Shown here: one piece after another, positions 8,903 to 17,527 of the stretch
Layout: every line of letters starts with the position of its first letter
Position numbering within the stretch: the first letter of the stretch is position 1
Origin: Oscillospiraceae bacterium
GTDB taxonomy: Bacteria; Bacillota; Clostridia; Oscillospirales; UBA929
Direction: 5' to 3'
DNA length: 49,765 nucleotides
Assembly: GCA_031255175.1 (NCBI GenBank)
Contig: JAIRTA010000012.1
Span: forward strand, 1-49,765
Position numbers and translations under genes: made by a program
The notes under the pieces: generated by a model
The model's database searches: none
Seen by the model: only the letters and a program-made list of their open reading frames with translations
What the model was told of the DNA's origin: nothing

Positions 8903-10441
8903 ATGCGAAGGACCGCATGGCCGCGTGACATGGTAATCTCTGAGACAATATACACCGATGTGGTGATCGCAGGCAGCGGCATGGCCGGGCTCTACACGGC
9001 CATGAGCCTCGACGAGCGGCTGCAATGCCTCATCATCACAAAAGAGGGGCTCGATCTCAGCAATTCCTGGCTGGCCCAGGGCGGCATCGCCGCGGCCATT
9101 GCCAAGGACGACCACCCGGAGATCCATTTGGAGGACACACTGGTGGCCGGCGCGGGCCTCTGCGACGCGGACGCCGTGCGCGCGCTGGTAGACGAGGGGC
9201 CGGAGGCCATCGCTTCGCTCGTGTCGTTGCAGGTGCCGTTTGACCTCAGAGAGGACGGCGAACTCCAGATCACCCGCGAGGGCGGCCACACCCGGGACCG
9301 CATCGTACACGCCGGAGGCGACGCCACCGGGCGCGAGACGGTCAAGGTGCTGGCCACCCTGGCCGTCGGGCGGTCAAATATCCATTTTTTACCACATTCG
9401 TTTTTGGTGGATATTTTGACAAATGACGGCCAGGCCTGCGGCGTCCTGGTTCACGACGGCGGCGCGTTCAAGGCGATTCTGGCGCGGGCCGTCGTGCTGT
9501 GTACGGGGGGCATCGGCCAGGTCTACGGCCGCCACACCACCAACCCCTCTGTCTCCACCGGAGAGGGTTTGGCCGCGGCGCTGCGCGCCGGGGCCGCCGT
9601 GCGCGACATGGAATTTATCCAGTTCCATCCGACGGCGCTCTACACGCCCCACGGGGCCGACCGCGCTTTTTTGATCTCGGAAGCGGTGCGCGGCGAGGGC
9701 GGCATTCTCAAAAACGCCGCCGGGCACCGCTTTATGGCGGACCAACACCCTATGGCCGAACTCGCCCCGCGGGACATCGTGGCGCGGGCCATTGTCCGGG
9801 AGATGCAGAAGGACGGTACGCCCTGCGTCTTTTTGGACGTGACGCACCACGCCTATGAATTTTTGGCCACCCGTTTCCCGACGATCACCGGCCACTGTCT
9901 GCGGCTTGGCATCGACATCTCCCGGGACATGATCCCCGTCTGCCCGGTACAGCACTATCTGGTGGGCGGGCTCAAAACCGACCTCAACGCCGAGACGACT
10001 CTGCCCGGCCTGTACGCCTGCGGCGAGGTGGCCTCCACCGGCGTGCACGGCGCCAACAGGCTGGCCTCCAACTCTATGCTGGAGTGTCTGGTGTTCGGCC
10101 GCCGGGCGGCCCGGCACATCGGCGGCGGCACCCGCCCGCGGCCGGACAGGCCGTTTTCTCTGCCCATTGCGGACGGGCTGTACTACCACGGGCCGGAGCC
10201 CGAGGAAATCCGCCGCCGCGCCGCCGCGATCGCGAACCGCGACGCCGGGGTCATCCGGCACACGGCGGGCCTTGTCGCCGGGCTGGGGCAGATCCAAAGC
10301 ATCCTCGGCGCGATGGAGCGTAAAAATCTGCCCACCAAGGCGCACTGGGAGGCACTGGGCCTCGCCACGGTGACCGGAGAGATCCTGCAAGCGGCGCTGA
10401 ACCGCCGCGAGAGCGTCGGCGCCCATTTTCGCGAGGACTGA
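8903..10441 (+). CDS. nadB: L-aspartate oxidase
   Basis: It has the FAD-binding motif DVVIAGSGMAGLYTA, then ..NSWLAQGGIAA.. and ..RLASNSMLECLVFG... The length (512 aa) and position between nadA and nadC fit. Confidence 0.95.
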   Translation: MRRTAWPRDMVISETIYTDVVIAGSGMAGLYTAMSLDERLQCLIITKEGLDLSNSWLAQGGIAAAIAKDDHPEIHLEDTLVAGAGLCDADAVRALVDEGPEAIASLVSLQVPFDLREDGELQITREGGHTRDRIVHAGGDATGRETVKVLATLAVGRSNIHFLPHSFLVDILTNDGQACGVLVHDGGAFKAILARAVVLCTGGIGQVYGRHTTNPSVSTGEGLAAALRAGAAVRDMEFIQFHPTALYTPHGADRAFLISEAVRGEGGILKNAAGHRFMADQHPMAELAPRDIVARAIVREMQKDGTPCVFLDVTHHAYEFLATRFPTITGHCLRLGIDISRDMIPVCPVQHYLVGGLKTDLNAETTLPGLYACGEVASTGVHGANRLASNSMLECLVFGRRAARHIGGGTRPRPDRPFSLPIADGLYYHGPEPEEIRRRAAAIANRDAGVIRHTAGLVAGLGQIQSILGAMERKNLPTKAHWEALGLATVTGEILQAALNRRESVGAHFRED

Positions 10442-10473
10442 CGCCATGTTTCGAAAACAAGGAGGACACCGCG

Positions 10474-11301
10474 ATGGATGCGATTTGGCTGGACAACTTT
10501 CTGCGGCACGCGTTGGAGGAGGACATTGGCGGCGGTGACATCACAACGGAGAGCTGCGTGCCGGCGGGCCGGCGGATCCAGGGCCGGTTTCTCGTCAAAG
10601 AGTCCGGCATCCTCTGCGGACTCGGCGTGGTACGCCGGGTGTTTTTGCTGCTGGACCCCGGCATTGTTTTGCGCATCGACCACCTGGACGGCGAACCGGT
10701 GGAAGCGGGAGACGTGGCGGCCACGCTGGAGGGTTCGGCCCGCTCGATCCTGACCGGGGAGCGGACGGCGCTCAACCTGCTGCAACGTCTGTCCGGCGTC
10801 GCCACCGCCGCCGCGCGGGCCGTGGCGGCCGTCAAGGGCTTCCCTGTTCAGATCACAGACACCCGTAAGACAACGCCCGGTATGCGCGCGCTCGAAAAAT
10901 ACGCCGTGCGCACGGGCGGCGGCGTCAACCACCGCTTCAACCTGTCGGACGGCGTTCTCATCAAAGACAACCACATCACGGCGGCCGGCGGCATCGGCCC
11001 GGCGGTGGCGGCGGCGCGCGCGCGCGCGTCCCATATGCTCAAGATCGAAGTGGAGGTCTCCTCCCTCGACGAGGTACAGGAGGCGCTGGACGCGGGCGCC
11101 GACTGCATCATGCTCGACAACATGACGGACGACGACATGCGGGCCGCCGTGCGGCACATCGGCGGGCGGGCGCTCGTCGAGGCCTCCGGCGGCATGGGCG
11201 CGCGCGACCTGGCCCAGGTCGCGGCCACCGGCGTCGATCTCATCTCCGTCGGCGCGCTGACCCACTCCCCCCGGGCGCTGGACATCAGTCTGAAGTTTTA
11301 A
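10474..11301 (+). CDS. nadC: Nicotinate-nucleotide pyrophosphorylase (carboxylating)
   Basis: ..ALEEDIGGGDITT.., ..ILTGERTALNLLQRLSGVAT.., ..DTRKTTPGMRALEKYAVRTGGGVNHR.., ..IMLDNM.. are seen. AAGGAGG lies upstream. The 3' end overlaps the convergent M50 gene by 17 nt. Confidence 0.95.
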   Translation: MDAIWLDNFLRHALEEDIGGGDITTESCVPAGRRIQGRFLVKESGILCGLGVVRRVFLLLDPGIVLRIDHLDGEPVEAGDVAATLEGSARSILTGERTALNLLQRLSGVATAAARAVAAVKGFPVQITDTRKTTPGMRALEKYAVRTGGGVNHRFNLSDGVLIKDNHITAAGGIGPAVAAARARASHMLKIEVEVSSLDEVQEALDAGADCIMLDNMTDDDMRAAVRHIGGRALVEASGGMGARDLAQVAATGVDLISVGALTHSPRALDISLKF

Positions 11302-11890
11302 GGGGCGCCAGCAGCGACAACGCCGCGTACGCGGCGGCCGCCAGCACGGTGATATCGCGGCCGGCGGCGGCGGTGCCATAGACCCAAAGACCCACGGCCG
11401 CCGTGGCGGCCGCGCAGAGGCCCGTGAGGACATTCACCACGCGGTCGGCCGCCGCGGCGCGCCACCGCCAGCACAGCAACAGGTGCAGCACATGCCCCCC
11501 GTCCTGCCCGCGCGCGGGCAGGAGATTAAAACTCCCCTGAAACAGTGAGACGCCGGCCCAGGTGTAAAGGCCGGCGTCTTTTGCGCGTCCGGCCCACAGC
11601 GCCACGGCAAAGGCGCACGCCAAATTGGCCGCGGGGCCGGCCAGCGCGGCCAAGATCTCCCGGCCGTAAGAGAGCGCCGGCCACGCCGGCTGCCGCATGG
11701 TGACGCCGCGCAAAGAGAGCTCCCACCGCTCCACGCGGCCGCCCGCCAGGCGCAGCGCAGCCCAATGGCCCGCCTCATGCACAAGCGCGGCCGCGACGAT
11801 ACACGGAAGGAGCCCGCCGGTGTCGAAAAACACGAGGAAGGCCATGAGCAGCAAAAACCCGCCGCGTATGGTCAAACGGCCCCATGTCAT
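11285..11890 (-). CDS. M50 (site-2 protease) family metallopeptidase, short SpoIVFB-like form
   Basis: It is a polytopic membrane protein with HEAGH (HExxH) in an early TM segment and ..NLLPARGQDGGHVL.. (the NxxPxxxxDG motif). Its ATG overlaps the stop of the upstream M23 gene (ATGA at 11887-11890). Confidence 0.8.
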   Translation of the reverse strand: MTWGRLTIRGGFLLLMAFLVFFDTGGLLPCIVAAALVHEAGHWAALRLAGGRVERWELSLRGVTMRQPAWPALSYGREILAALAGPAANLACAFAVALWAGRAKDAGLYTWAGVSLFQGSFNLLPARGQDGGHVLHLLLCWRWRAAAADRVVNVLTGLCAAATAAVGLWVYGTAAAGRDITVLAAAAYAALSLLAPLKTSD

Positions 11891-13020
11891 AGAAGCGGCG
11901 CGACGCTCTCCAGGTAGCGGCCCGGCGCCAGACTGACGCCGTTCAATCGAAGCTCAAAGTGCAGATGCGGCCCGGTGGCGAGGCCCGTCATACCCACCCG
12001 GGCAATGCGCTCGCCCAGGCTCACCGTCTGCCCGGCCTTTGCCAGAAGCCGGTCGCAATGCGCGTAAAAACTGGTGAAACCATCCCCGTGGTCGATCTCA
12101 AGATAGTACCCGTACGTGTCGCTGACGCCGGCGGCCCGCACCGTGCCGGCCGCGAAGGCGCGGATCTCGGCGCCGACGTCGGCGGCGAGATCCAACCCGT
12201 AGTGGAAGAGCGTCTCCCCATACACAGGGTGCCGCCGGAAGCCGAAATCCGAACTCACCACCCCTTGCACGGGCGCGCTATGGGCAAAGGGGAGCGGATA
12301 CCAGGTGTAGTCCGCCCGTTCGGGCACCTCGGTTCCGAAGGCAACGGGCGCGGTGTCGTCCAGCGCGTCCTCAGCGGACAGCGACACCTCCCAATCCGAC
12401 ACCCACACGGCGGCGGCTTTCGCCCCGGTTTCCGTCGCGTCCCAACGCGCCGGCCGGGCCGTGTCAGACACCGGCCGGCCGCCGGCCTCGCCCCCTGCCA
12501 CAGACGCCGGCCGGAACACCGGCCCGGCCTCCGGCTCGAAGTCCGGCCCGAAGTCCGTCTCGGAGGCCATCTCGAAATCCGTCCCGGGAGCCGATCCGGG
12601 GGTCAGCTCGGCGCCCGCCCCGGCGTCTGCCCCGGAACCCGCCCCGGGGTCCGTCTCAAACCCGGCCCCGCCGGGCGGCGGCGGGTCCGCCTCGGCCGGC
12701 CGGCCGCCGAAGAGTTCCTCCGTCCACACGCGAAAGGCCGTCACAATGTCTCCGCCGGCCGACAACGTTTCTCCGGCCGTGGCAAAAGCGGCCCGGTAGT
12801 CGAATCCGCCGCCCACACCGTCGGCCAACACCGCCCGCACCGTTTCGGCGGCATTCGGCAGCGCCATCTTAACCACCAGCGCCGCCCCGAAGATGACAAG
12901 GGCACACACAAGCTGCACAAACCGGCGGTCCGTCCGGTCCCGCCGCCCGCCGGGCCGTCCCCCACCGGACCGCGCGGGCGCCGCCCGCCGTCGGTCCGCC
13001 CGGCCCCTCGCAAGACGCAT
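11887..13020 (-). CDS. M23 (LytM-type) peptidase-domain membrane protein, SpoIVFA-like
   Basis: The track ORF is 11887-13137. ATG 13020 is preceded by GGGGAG. It has a basic N-tail, one TM segment (FVQLVCALVIFGAALVV), a low-complexity Gly/Ala/Pro/acidic linker, and a C-terminal M23 domain (..HYGLDLAA..GYYLEIDHGDGFTSFYAH..GMTGLATGPHLHFELRLNG). Confidence 0.85.
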   Translation of the reverse strand: MRLARGRADRRRAAPARSGGGRPGGRRDRTDRRFVQLVCALVIFGAALVVKMALPNAAETVRAVLADGVGGGFDYRAAFATAGETLSAGGDIVTAFRVWTEELFGGRPAEADPPPPGGAGFETDPGAGSGADAGAGAELTPGSAPGTDFEMASETDFGPDFEPEAGPVFRPASVAGGEAGGRPVSDTARPARWDATETGAKAAAVWVSDWEVSLSAEDALDDTAPVAFGTEVPERADYTWYPLPFAHSAPVQGVVSSDFGFRRHPVYGETLFHYGLDLAADVGAEIRAFAAGTVRAAGVSDTYGYYLEIDHGDGFTSFYAHCDRLLAKAGQTVSLGERIARVGMTGLATGPHLHFELRLNGVSLAPGRYLESVAPLL

Positions 13021-13266
13021 GGGAGGCTCCCCGCCTCGCTGTCCGCGCGCCGAAGCGCCCTCAGGCCGCACAGACCCCACGCCCCGGCGCGGCCGCCCAA
13101 CCGGCCGCCGCCCCGCGCCGTCAACCGTCAATGGCACAGTCTATCGTTCCTTCCCTTCCGCACGTCACCCACGCGCCGCGCGCACCGTCACCCACCACCT
13201 ATCCAATGCTGTTCTATTCATATGGCATCCGCGCGCCGCACAGACCAAATTTGATCCGCCGCGGGG

Positions 13267-13464
13267 CTATGCCAATTTTCCCCCGACTGGGTCGCCGGAA
13301 TTAAATTGATTCATTGTGATAAAACTCACTTCTGCTGCATCCGGCAAAGCCAAGCTGTTTTTCTCTCCGGTTCCCATATCAAACATAAATGCGGCAAAGA
13401 TAGCGCCGATCGTTAGCACCACCGACACCACAACCGCAGCACGGGCAGACTTTTTCTGCATCAT
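13267..13464 (-). CDS. Small single-TM hypothetical protein (66 aa)
   Basis: This is the in-frame tail of track ORF 13267-13677. ATG 13464 lies 9 nt after AAGAGG. The product is MMQKKSARAAVVVSVVLTIGAIFAAFMF... It lies in an AT-rich islet. Confidence 0.35.
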   Translation of the reverse strand: MMQKKSARAAVVVSVVLTIGAIFAAFMFDMGTGEKNSLALPDAAEVSFITMNQFNSGDPVGGKLA

Positions 13465-13526
13465 CGCAACGAACCTCTTTTTACAAGCATTCCCACCGCG
13501 CCCGCAGCAAAATCGCTCCCTCTGCT

Positions 13527-13754
13527 CTACCGGTGTCCATTTCTCACCAGTTTGCACAAGGGGACGAAAAGCAATATAAAAATGACAAAAGCAGCTATCT
13601 GCTGCCCATAAGCTGCCCACGGTATTGGTTCCAAGGGCCACGGTTTGATGACAGTGATGGCAACGCGGCAAAACCATACGAAGACGATAAAACCGTAAAA
13701 TATTACGACACTCTTATGCCCGGCAAATGCTTGTTTTCCAAATAATACCAACAT
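13527..13754 (-). CDS. Small two-TM hypothetical protein (75 aa)
   Basis: It starts 22 nt after the histidine-kinase stop with no clear SD. Two hydrophobic segments are present (VVIFYGFIVFVWF, IAAFVIFILLFVPL). Confidence 0.3.
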   Translation of the reverse strand: MLVLFGKQAFAGHKSVVIFYGFIVFVWFCRVAITVIKPWPLEPIPWAAYGQQIAAFVIFILLFVPLCKLVRNGHR

Positions 13755-13776
13755 GAGGCTTGTGCCCGTTAACAGC

Positions 13777-15246
13777 TCACTCTTCGGAGGGCTGCCCGAT
13801 GTGGATGGGGAGGCTGACGGTGACTGTGGTGCCTTCGCCCATTTGGCTCTCGATGTCCAGAGAGCCGTCGTGGAGACGGATGATCTCGTCGCTGACGGCG
13901 AGGCCGATGCCGCTGCCGCGTGCTTTGGAGCTGCCCTTGTAGAACTTGTACTTTACATGGGGCAGCTCTTCTTCCGGGATGCCGGCCCCGTAGTCCCGGA
14001 TGGTCACGACCAGCCGGTTGTTTTCTGTGCGGGTCATCATGTCGATGCGCCGGCCCTCGCCGCCGTGTTTGGCGGCGTTGTCCAAGAGATTGATGAACAC
14101 CTGGCGCAGCCGCGCCCTGTCTCCGGTGATAAGGGGGATCTCCTCGTCCTCCTGGTATGTGAGCAGGATGTTGTCGCGGGCCAGCGTGTCGATGTAGAGG
14201 TACACCACCTCCTGGAGCTCCTCCCGGATATCGAACTCCTCCATTCGAAGCGTCATCCGCCCGCTCGCCATGCGGGTGAACTCCAACAGCTCCTCCACCA
14301 TCTTGGTCAGGCGGTGGGATTCCCCGAGCATGATGCGCACGCCCTTCTTCACCTCGGCGATGTCGTTGCTCTCGGCCGACAGCAGCGTCTCCCCCCAGCC
14401 GGCGATGGCCGTGAGCGGCGTGCGCAGCTCGTGGGAGACAGAGGAGATGAAGTCGTTTTTGATGCGGTCGGCCAGGCTGACCTCCGCCGACATGTTGTTG
14501 ATCGTGTCCGCCAGCTCGCCGATCTCGTCGTCGTACTTTTTTTCGATCATCACGCCGTAGCCGCCGGCGGCGATTTTCTTCGCGATCTCGTTGATCTCCT
14601 GAATCGGCAGCAGGATCGACCGGATGAAGAACAGATTGGACCCGGCCACAAAGGCGATGACGGCGATGCCGAGCAGCATGGCCACGCCGGACGCCATCAG
14701 AATGCGCTTGTCAACCTCGCTCATGCTGGTCACATAGCGCATGACGCCCACGACCTGCCGGTTCGCGAAGATGAGGGGCGCCGAGACCGACATCACACGC
14801 TCGCCGCTGAGCGGGTCCACGCCGAGGAAGGTGTTGACCTCGCCGGACTCAAACGCGTTCTGGACGTCCGGCGTGCCGGGCGCGAGCCCCACGGTGACGC
14901 CCATTGTGGACAACTCGATGCGGCCGACCTGATTGACAAACTGGAGTTCCAGCTTGTCTCTGTCTTCAAAATCCTCCGCGAAGCGGTGAGCGCCCTGAAA
15001 GAAGTCGCTGTAACTCGTGTTTAAGTAGCGGCTGAAGAAGTTGCCCGTGGCCGTGGCGCGGCTCTCCAGGCCGGCGCGCGCGCCGGCCGTGTAGAAGTTG
15101 GCCGCGGCGATGGAATAGGCCATGACCGCCACCAGCACAATCATAAAGACAAGCCCCAGGCTGTTCAGCATCCACCGCCCCTGAATGCCCCGCAGCATCC
15201 GGCGCAGCTTCTTAAAAGACCAGATCTTTCGTTTCAGCTTCCCCAT
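13777..15246 (-). CDS. Sensor histidine kinase (TM - HAMP - HisKA - HATPase_c)
   Basis: It shows the H-box FISSVSHELRTPLTAI, the N-box ..LLDNAAKHG.., and G-boxes ..IRDYGAGIP.. and ..GSGIGLAV... The track start TTG 15264 is doubtful, so ATG 15246 (MGKLKRK) is used. Confidence 0.9.
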   Translation of the reverse strand: MGKLKRKIWSFKKLRRMLRGIQGRWMLNSLGLVFMIVLVAVMAYSIAAANFYTAGARAGLESRATATGNFFSRYLNTSYSDFFQGAHRFAEDFEDRDKLELQFVNQVGRIELSTMGVTVGLAPGTPDVQNAFESGEVNTFLGVDPLSGERVMSVSAPLIFANRQVVGVMRYVTSMSEVDKRILMASGVAMLLGIAVIAFVAGSNLFFIRSILLPIQEINEIAKKIAAGGYGVMIEKKYDDEIGELADTINNMSAEVSLADRIKNDFISSVSHELRTPLTAIAGWGETLLSAESNDIAEVKKGVRIMLGESHRLTKMVEELLEFTRMASGRMTLRMEEFDIREELQEVVYLYIDTLARDNILLTYQEDEEIPLITGDRARLRQVFINLLDNAAKHGGEGRRIDMMTRTENNRLVVTIRDYGAGIPEEELPHVKYKFYKGSSKARGSGIGLAVSDEIIRLHDGSLDIESQMGEGTTVTVSLPIHIGQPSEE

Positions 15247-15923
15247 TTGTATCCGTAGCCCCAAACTGTTGTGATATAGACGGGATTCGTCGTGTCGTCT
15301 TCGATCTTGATGCGCAGGCGGCGGATGTTGACGTCGACGATCTTCAGTTCGCCGTAATAATCACGCCCCCACACACTCTGTAAAATGTTCTCGCGGGAGA
15401 GCGCCGTGCCGGGGTTTTCGAGAAACATCTTCATGATCGTGTATTCCACCTGCGTGAGCTTGACCCGCTCCCCGTTTTTGGAGAGGATTCTGGTTTTTGT
15501 GTTGAGCACAAACGGCCCGCTCTTGATCTCGTAGCGCACTTCCGGTTCCGGTTCGTCGCCGACGCGGCGGTAGAGCGCGTCCACGCGGGCGATCAGCTCC
15601 GTGGGGGAAAAGGGTTTTGTCACATAATCGTCCGCGCCCGTCATGAGGCCCGTGACCTTGTCCATCTCGCCGGTGCGGGCCGTCAGCATGATGATCCCCA
15701 TCTTCCCGCCGCCCGCCCGGATGCTGCGGCAGACCTCAAAGCCGTCGATGTCCGGCAGCATGATGTCCAAAAGGGCCACCCGGATGTCCGGATGCTGCGC
15801 CAGGCTCTCCAACGCCTGCTCCCCCGTTTCCGCCTCGACCACCTGGTAGCCGGCCCGTTTGAGATTGATCACCACAAACCCGCGGATGCTGGACTCATCC
15901 TCCAAAACCAGAACCTTCTTCAC
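15234..15923 (-). CDS. OmpR-family response regulator
   Basis: The real start is GTG 15923 (VKKVLVLEDESSIRGFV..), forming a GTGA overlap with the stop of the upstream lipoprotein gene. The receiver domain shows ..ALLDIMLPDIDGF.. and ..IIMLTAR... The winged-helix output domain shows ..LTQVEYTIMKMF..VDVNIRRLRIKIE..TVWGYGYKW. Confidence 0.92.
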   Translation of the reverse strand: MKKVLVLEDESSIRGFVVINLKRAGYQVVEAETGEQALESLAQHPDIRVALLDIMLPDIDGFEVCRSIRAGGGKMGIIMLTARTGEMDKVTGLMTGADDYVTKPFSPTELIARVDALYRRVGDEPEPEVRYEIKSGPFVLNTKTRILSKNGERVKLTQVEYTIMKMFLENPGTALSRENILQSVWGRDYYGELKIVDVNIRRLRIKIEDDTTNPVYITTVWGYGYKWGS

Positions 15924-17263
15924 AGCGTTGTCAACTCCCCTGTCATCCAATCGTTCTGAAACCAGTGCGTCCACCGCTTGACAGCCGTGTCGGAAACCGG
16001 CGCGTTGTCGGAGACCTCGACCGCCACAATCATATTGTTGCCTGTCAGCAGCGGAACGCGCCCCGGCTTCGCGACCAGTTCCTCCATGTTGTCCCCTGTC
16101 AGCGTGTAGATGGTCATCATGTCGGACGGCGGCGCCCCCTCCCTGTCCCGCAGGGCAAACACAACGCCGCGCTCGTTGGCGGAGATGTCGCGGCGCGTCA
16201 TGGCCAGCCTCTCCCACGTCCATGACGCGGGCAGCTCGATGTACCAGTTGTCCGCGTAGTTGTGATAGGTCGTGGCCGAGGTGTCTGTCTCGCCGTCGGA
16301 GCGGTAGCGTATCCACTGGATGATCCACACGGGTTCCGCGTTCTCCGCCCCCGGATCGTACGCCGACAGCGCCACGGGGCGCGGGATGTCCACAACGCCG
16401 TCGTCGGACAGGCTGGCGAGACTGGGGACCAGATAGCTGCGCACCGTCGCCTCGCTCACGCCGGTCATCGGGTTGCGCGAGATGTTGGTCAGCCGCCGCT
16501 TCTGTATGGCGATGACGTCCGTCACCATCGCGTCGGAGCCGTACTTGCTCACCACAAACAGCGCCCGGTGCCCGTCGCCGAGCAGGCCCGTCCGCGTGCG
16601 GAGCACCCCTTCAATGTTGAGCGACAGCGGCGCCGAGAACTGCTGCGAGATCTCGGACTCGCCCATCTGGTACATCTCGACCAGCCCGGTTTTCTCCGTG
16701 TCCTGGTAGCGGAGCACCAGCAGATCGGTCCGGCCGTTTTCGTCCATATCGTGCAGCGCGTACCCGCTGTAGCTCGTGGAGAGGACTATCTCCAGCTCCT
16801 CCGAACGCAGGGTGTAGACCGTCATCGCCTTAAACGCGCCGCCGACCACCCGCCAGCCGACAATGACCTCCTGGACACCGTCGTCGTTGAGGTCGGCGTA
16901 GGTGACGCTTTGGATCGAATCCCCCTCGCCGTCGATGCGGGAGAGCAGTTCATATTCTTCTCCGACGGCCCGGTAAAAAAAGATCTTCAGCGGCGTGTCG
17001 CCGGGGAAGCGAAAAAAGAGCACGGCTTCCTCCCGCCTGTCGCCGTCTATATCGACCTTCTGGATGGTCTGCCGGTTCGGCCCGGTCACCGGCGCGATCT
17101 GCCGGCCGCCGTCGGCGACGTGCTTGTCGATATATCCTTGCAGCTTCACGGAGTCCTGCGGCTGGCGCGGGAGCACCAGCAATTCGTCATCCACCTGCGA
17201 AAAACAGCCCGTCAGCGTCAGCAACAGGCACACGCAGACGGCCCAAGCGCCCGCTCGTCTCAC
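15920..17263 (-). CDS. Putative lipoprotein with FG-GAP/VCBS-like repeats
   Basis: It has a signal peptide with lipobox ..LLLTLTGC. Acidic loops recur (DIDGDRREE, DLNDDGVQE, DMDENGRTD). GTG 17263 lies 7 nt after AGGGAGG; the track start GTG 17269 is too close to the SD. It is the first gene of the lipoprotein-RR-HK string. Confidence 0.7.
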   Translation of the reverse strand: MRRAGAWAVCVCLLLTLTGCFSQVDDELLVLPRQPQDSVKLQGYIDKHVADGGRQIAPVTGPNRQTIQKVDIDGDRREEAVLFFRFPGDTPLKIFFYRAVGEEYELLSRIDGEGDSIQSVTYADLNDDGVQEVIVGWRVVGGAFKAMTVYTLRSEELEIVLSTSYSGYALHDMDENGRTDLLVLRYQDTEKTGLVEMYQMGESEISQQFSAPLSLNIEGVLRTRTGLLGDGHRALFVVSKYGSDAMVTDVIAIQKRRLTNISRNPMTGVSEATVRSYLVPSLASLSDDGVVDIPRPVALSAYDPGAENAEPVWIIQWIRYRSDGETDTSATTYHNYADNWYIELPASWTWERLAMTRRDISANERGVVFALRDREGAPPSDMMTIYTLTGDNMEELVAKPGRVPLLTGNNMIVAVEVSDNAPVSDTAVKRWTHWFQNDWMTGELTTL

Positions 17264-17290
17264 ACACACACCTCCCTATTCTGGCCTCCG

Positions 17291-17334
17291 CACACCACTA
17301 CATCTTGTATATACCCACAAGATATAGTGGTGTG
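17291..17334. repeat. Long near-perfect palindrome (17-18 bp arms, 8-nt loop)
   Basis: acaccactacatcttgt (17292-17308), loop atataccc, acaagatatagtggtgt (17317-17333), with one mismatch. The arm sequence is related to the 27626-27666 palindrome. Confidence 0.7.
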
Positions 17335-17336
17335 TC

Positions 17337-17358
17337 CGCCGCAACGCGGCGTTTTTTT
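17337..17358 (+). terminator. Plus-strand intrinsic-terminator-like element
   Basis: A 6-bp all-GC stem cgccgc/gcggcg with an aac triloop, followed directly by T7 (17352-17358). Confidence 0.4.
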
Positions 17359-17432
17359 GCGGCGGCGTATACCGCGACGCCCTTTCGGGCATACTGCAAA
17401 CAGTCCAACTCATCAATACCCCCTTCTTACTT

Positions 17433-17465
17433 GGGTGACAGCCGCGTGCTGCCACCCGTTTTTTT
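17433..17465 (+). terminator. Plus-strand intrinsic-terminator-like element
   Basis: Stem gggtgacagc / gctgccaccc (one mismatch), 5-nt loop, then g + T7 (17459-17465). Confidence 0.5.
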
Positions 17466-17527
17466 GCGCCGCAAGAGGAGGTTCGGCTATTAAAATCGCG
17501 CCCGCGACCGCCGGGGCCGCCCGCCCG

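Noticed and set aside
17261-17270. A (CA)5 microsatellite at the lipoprotein gene start, considered as a possible phase-variation tract.
   Set aside because: It is only five units and lies across the SD-to-start spacing with two alternative in-frame GTGs. That is too short to argue for slipped-strand switching without population data.
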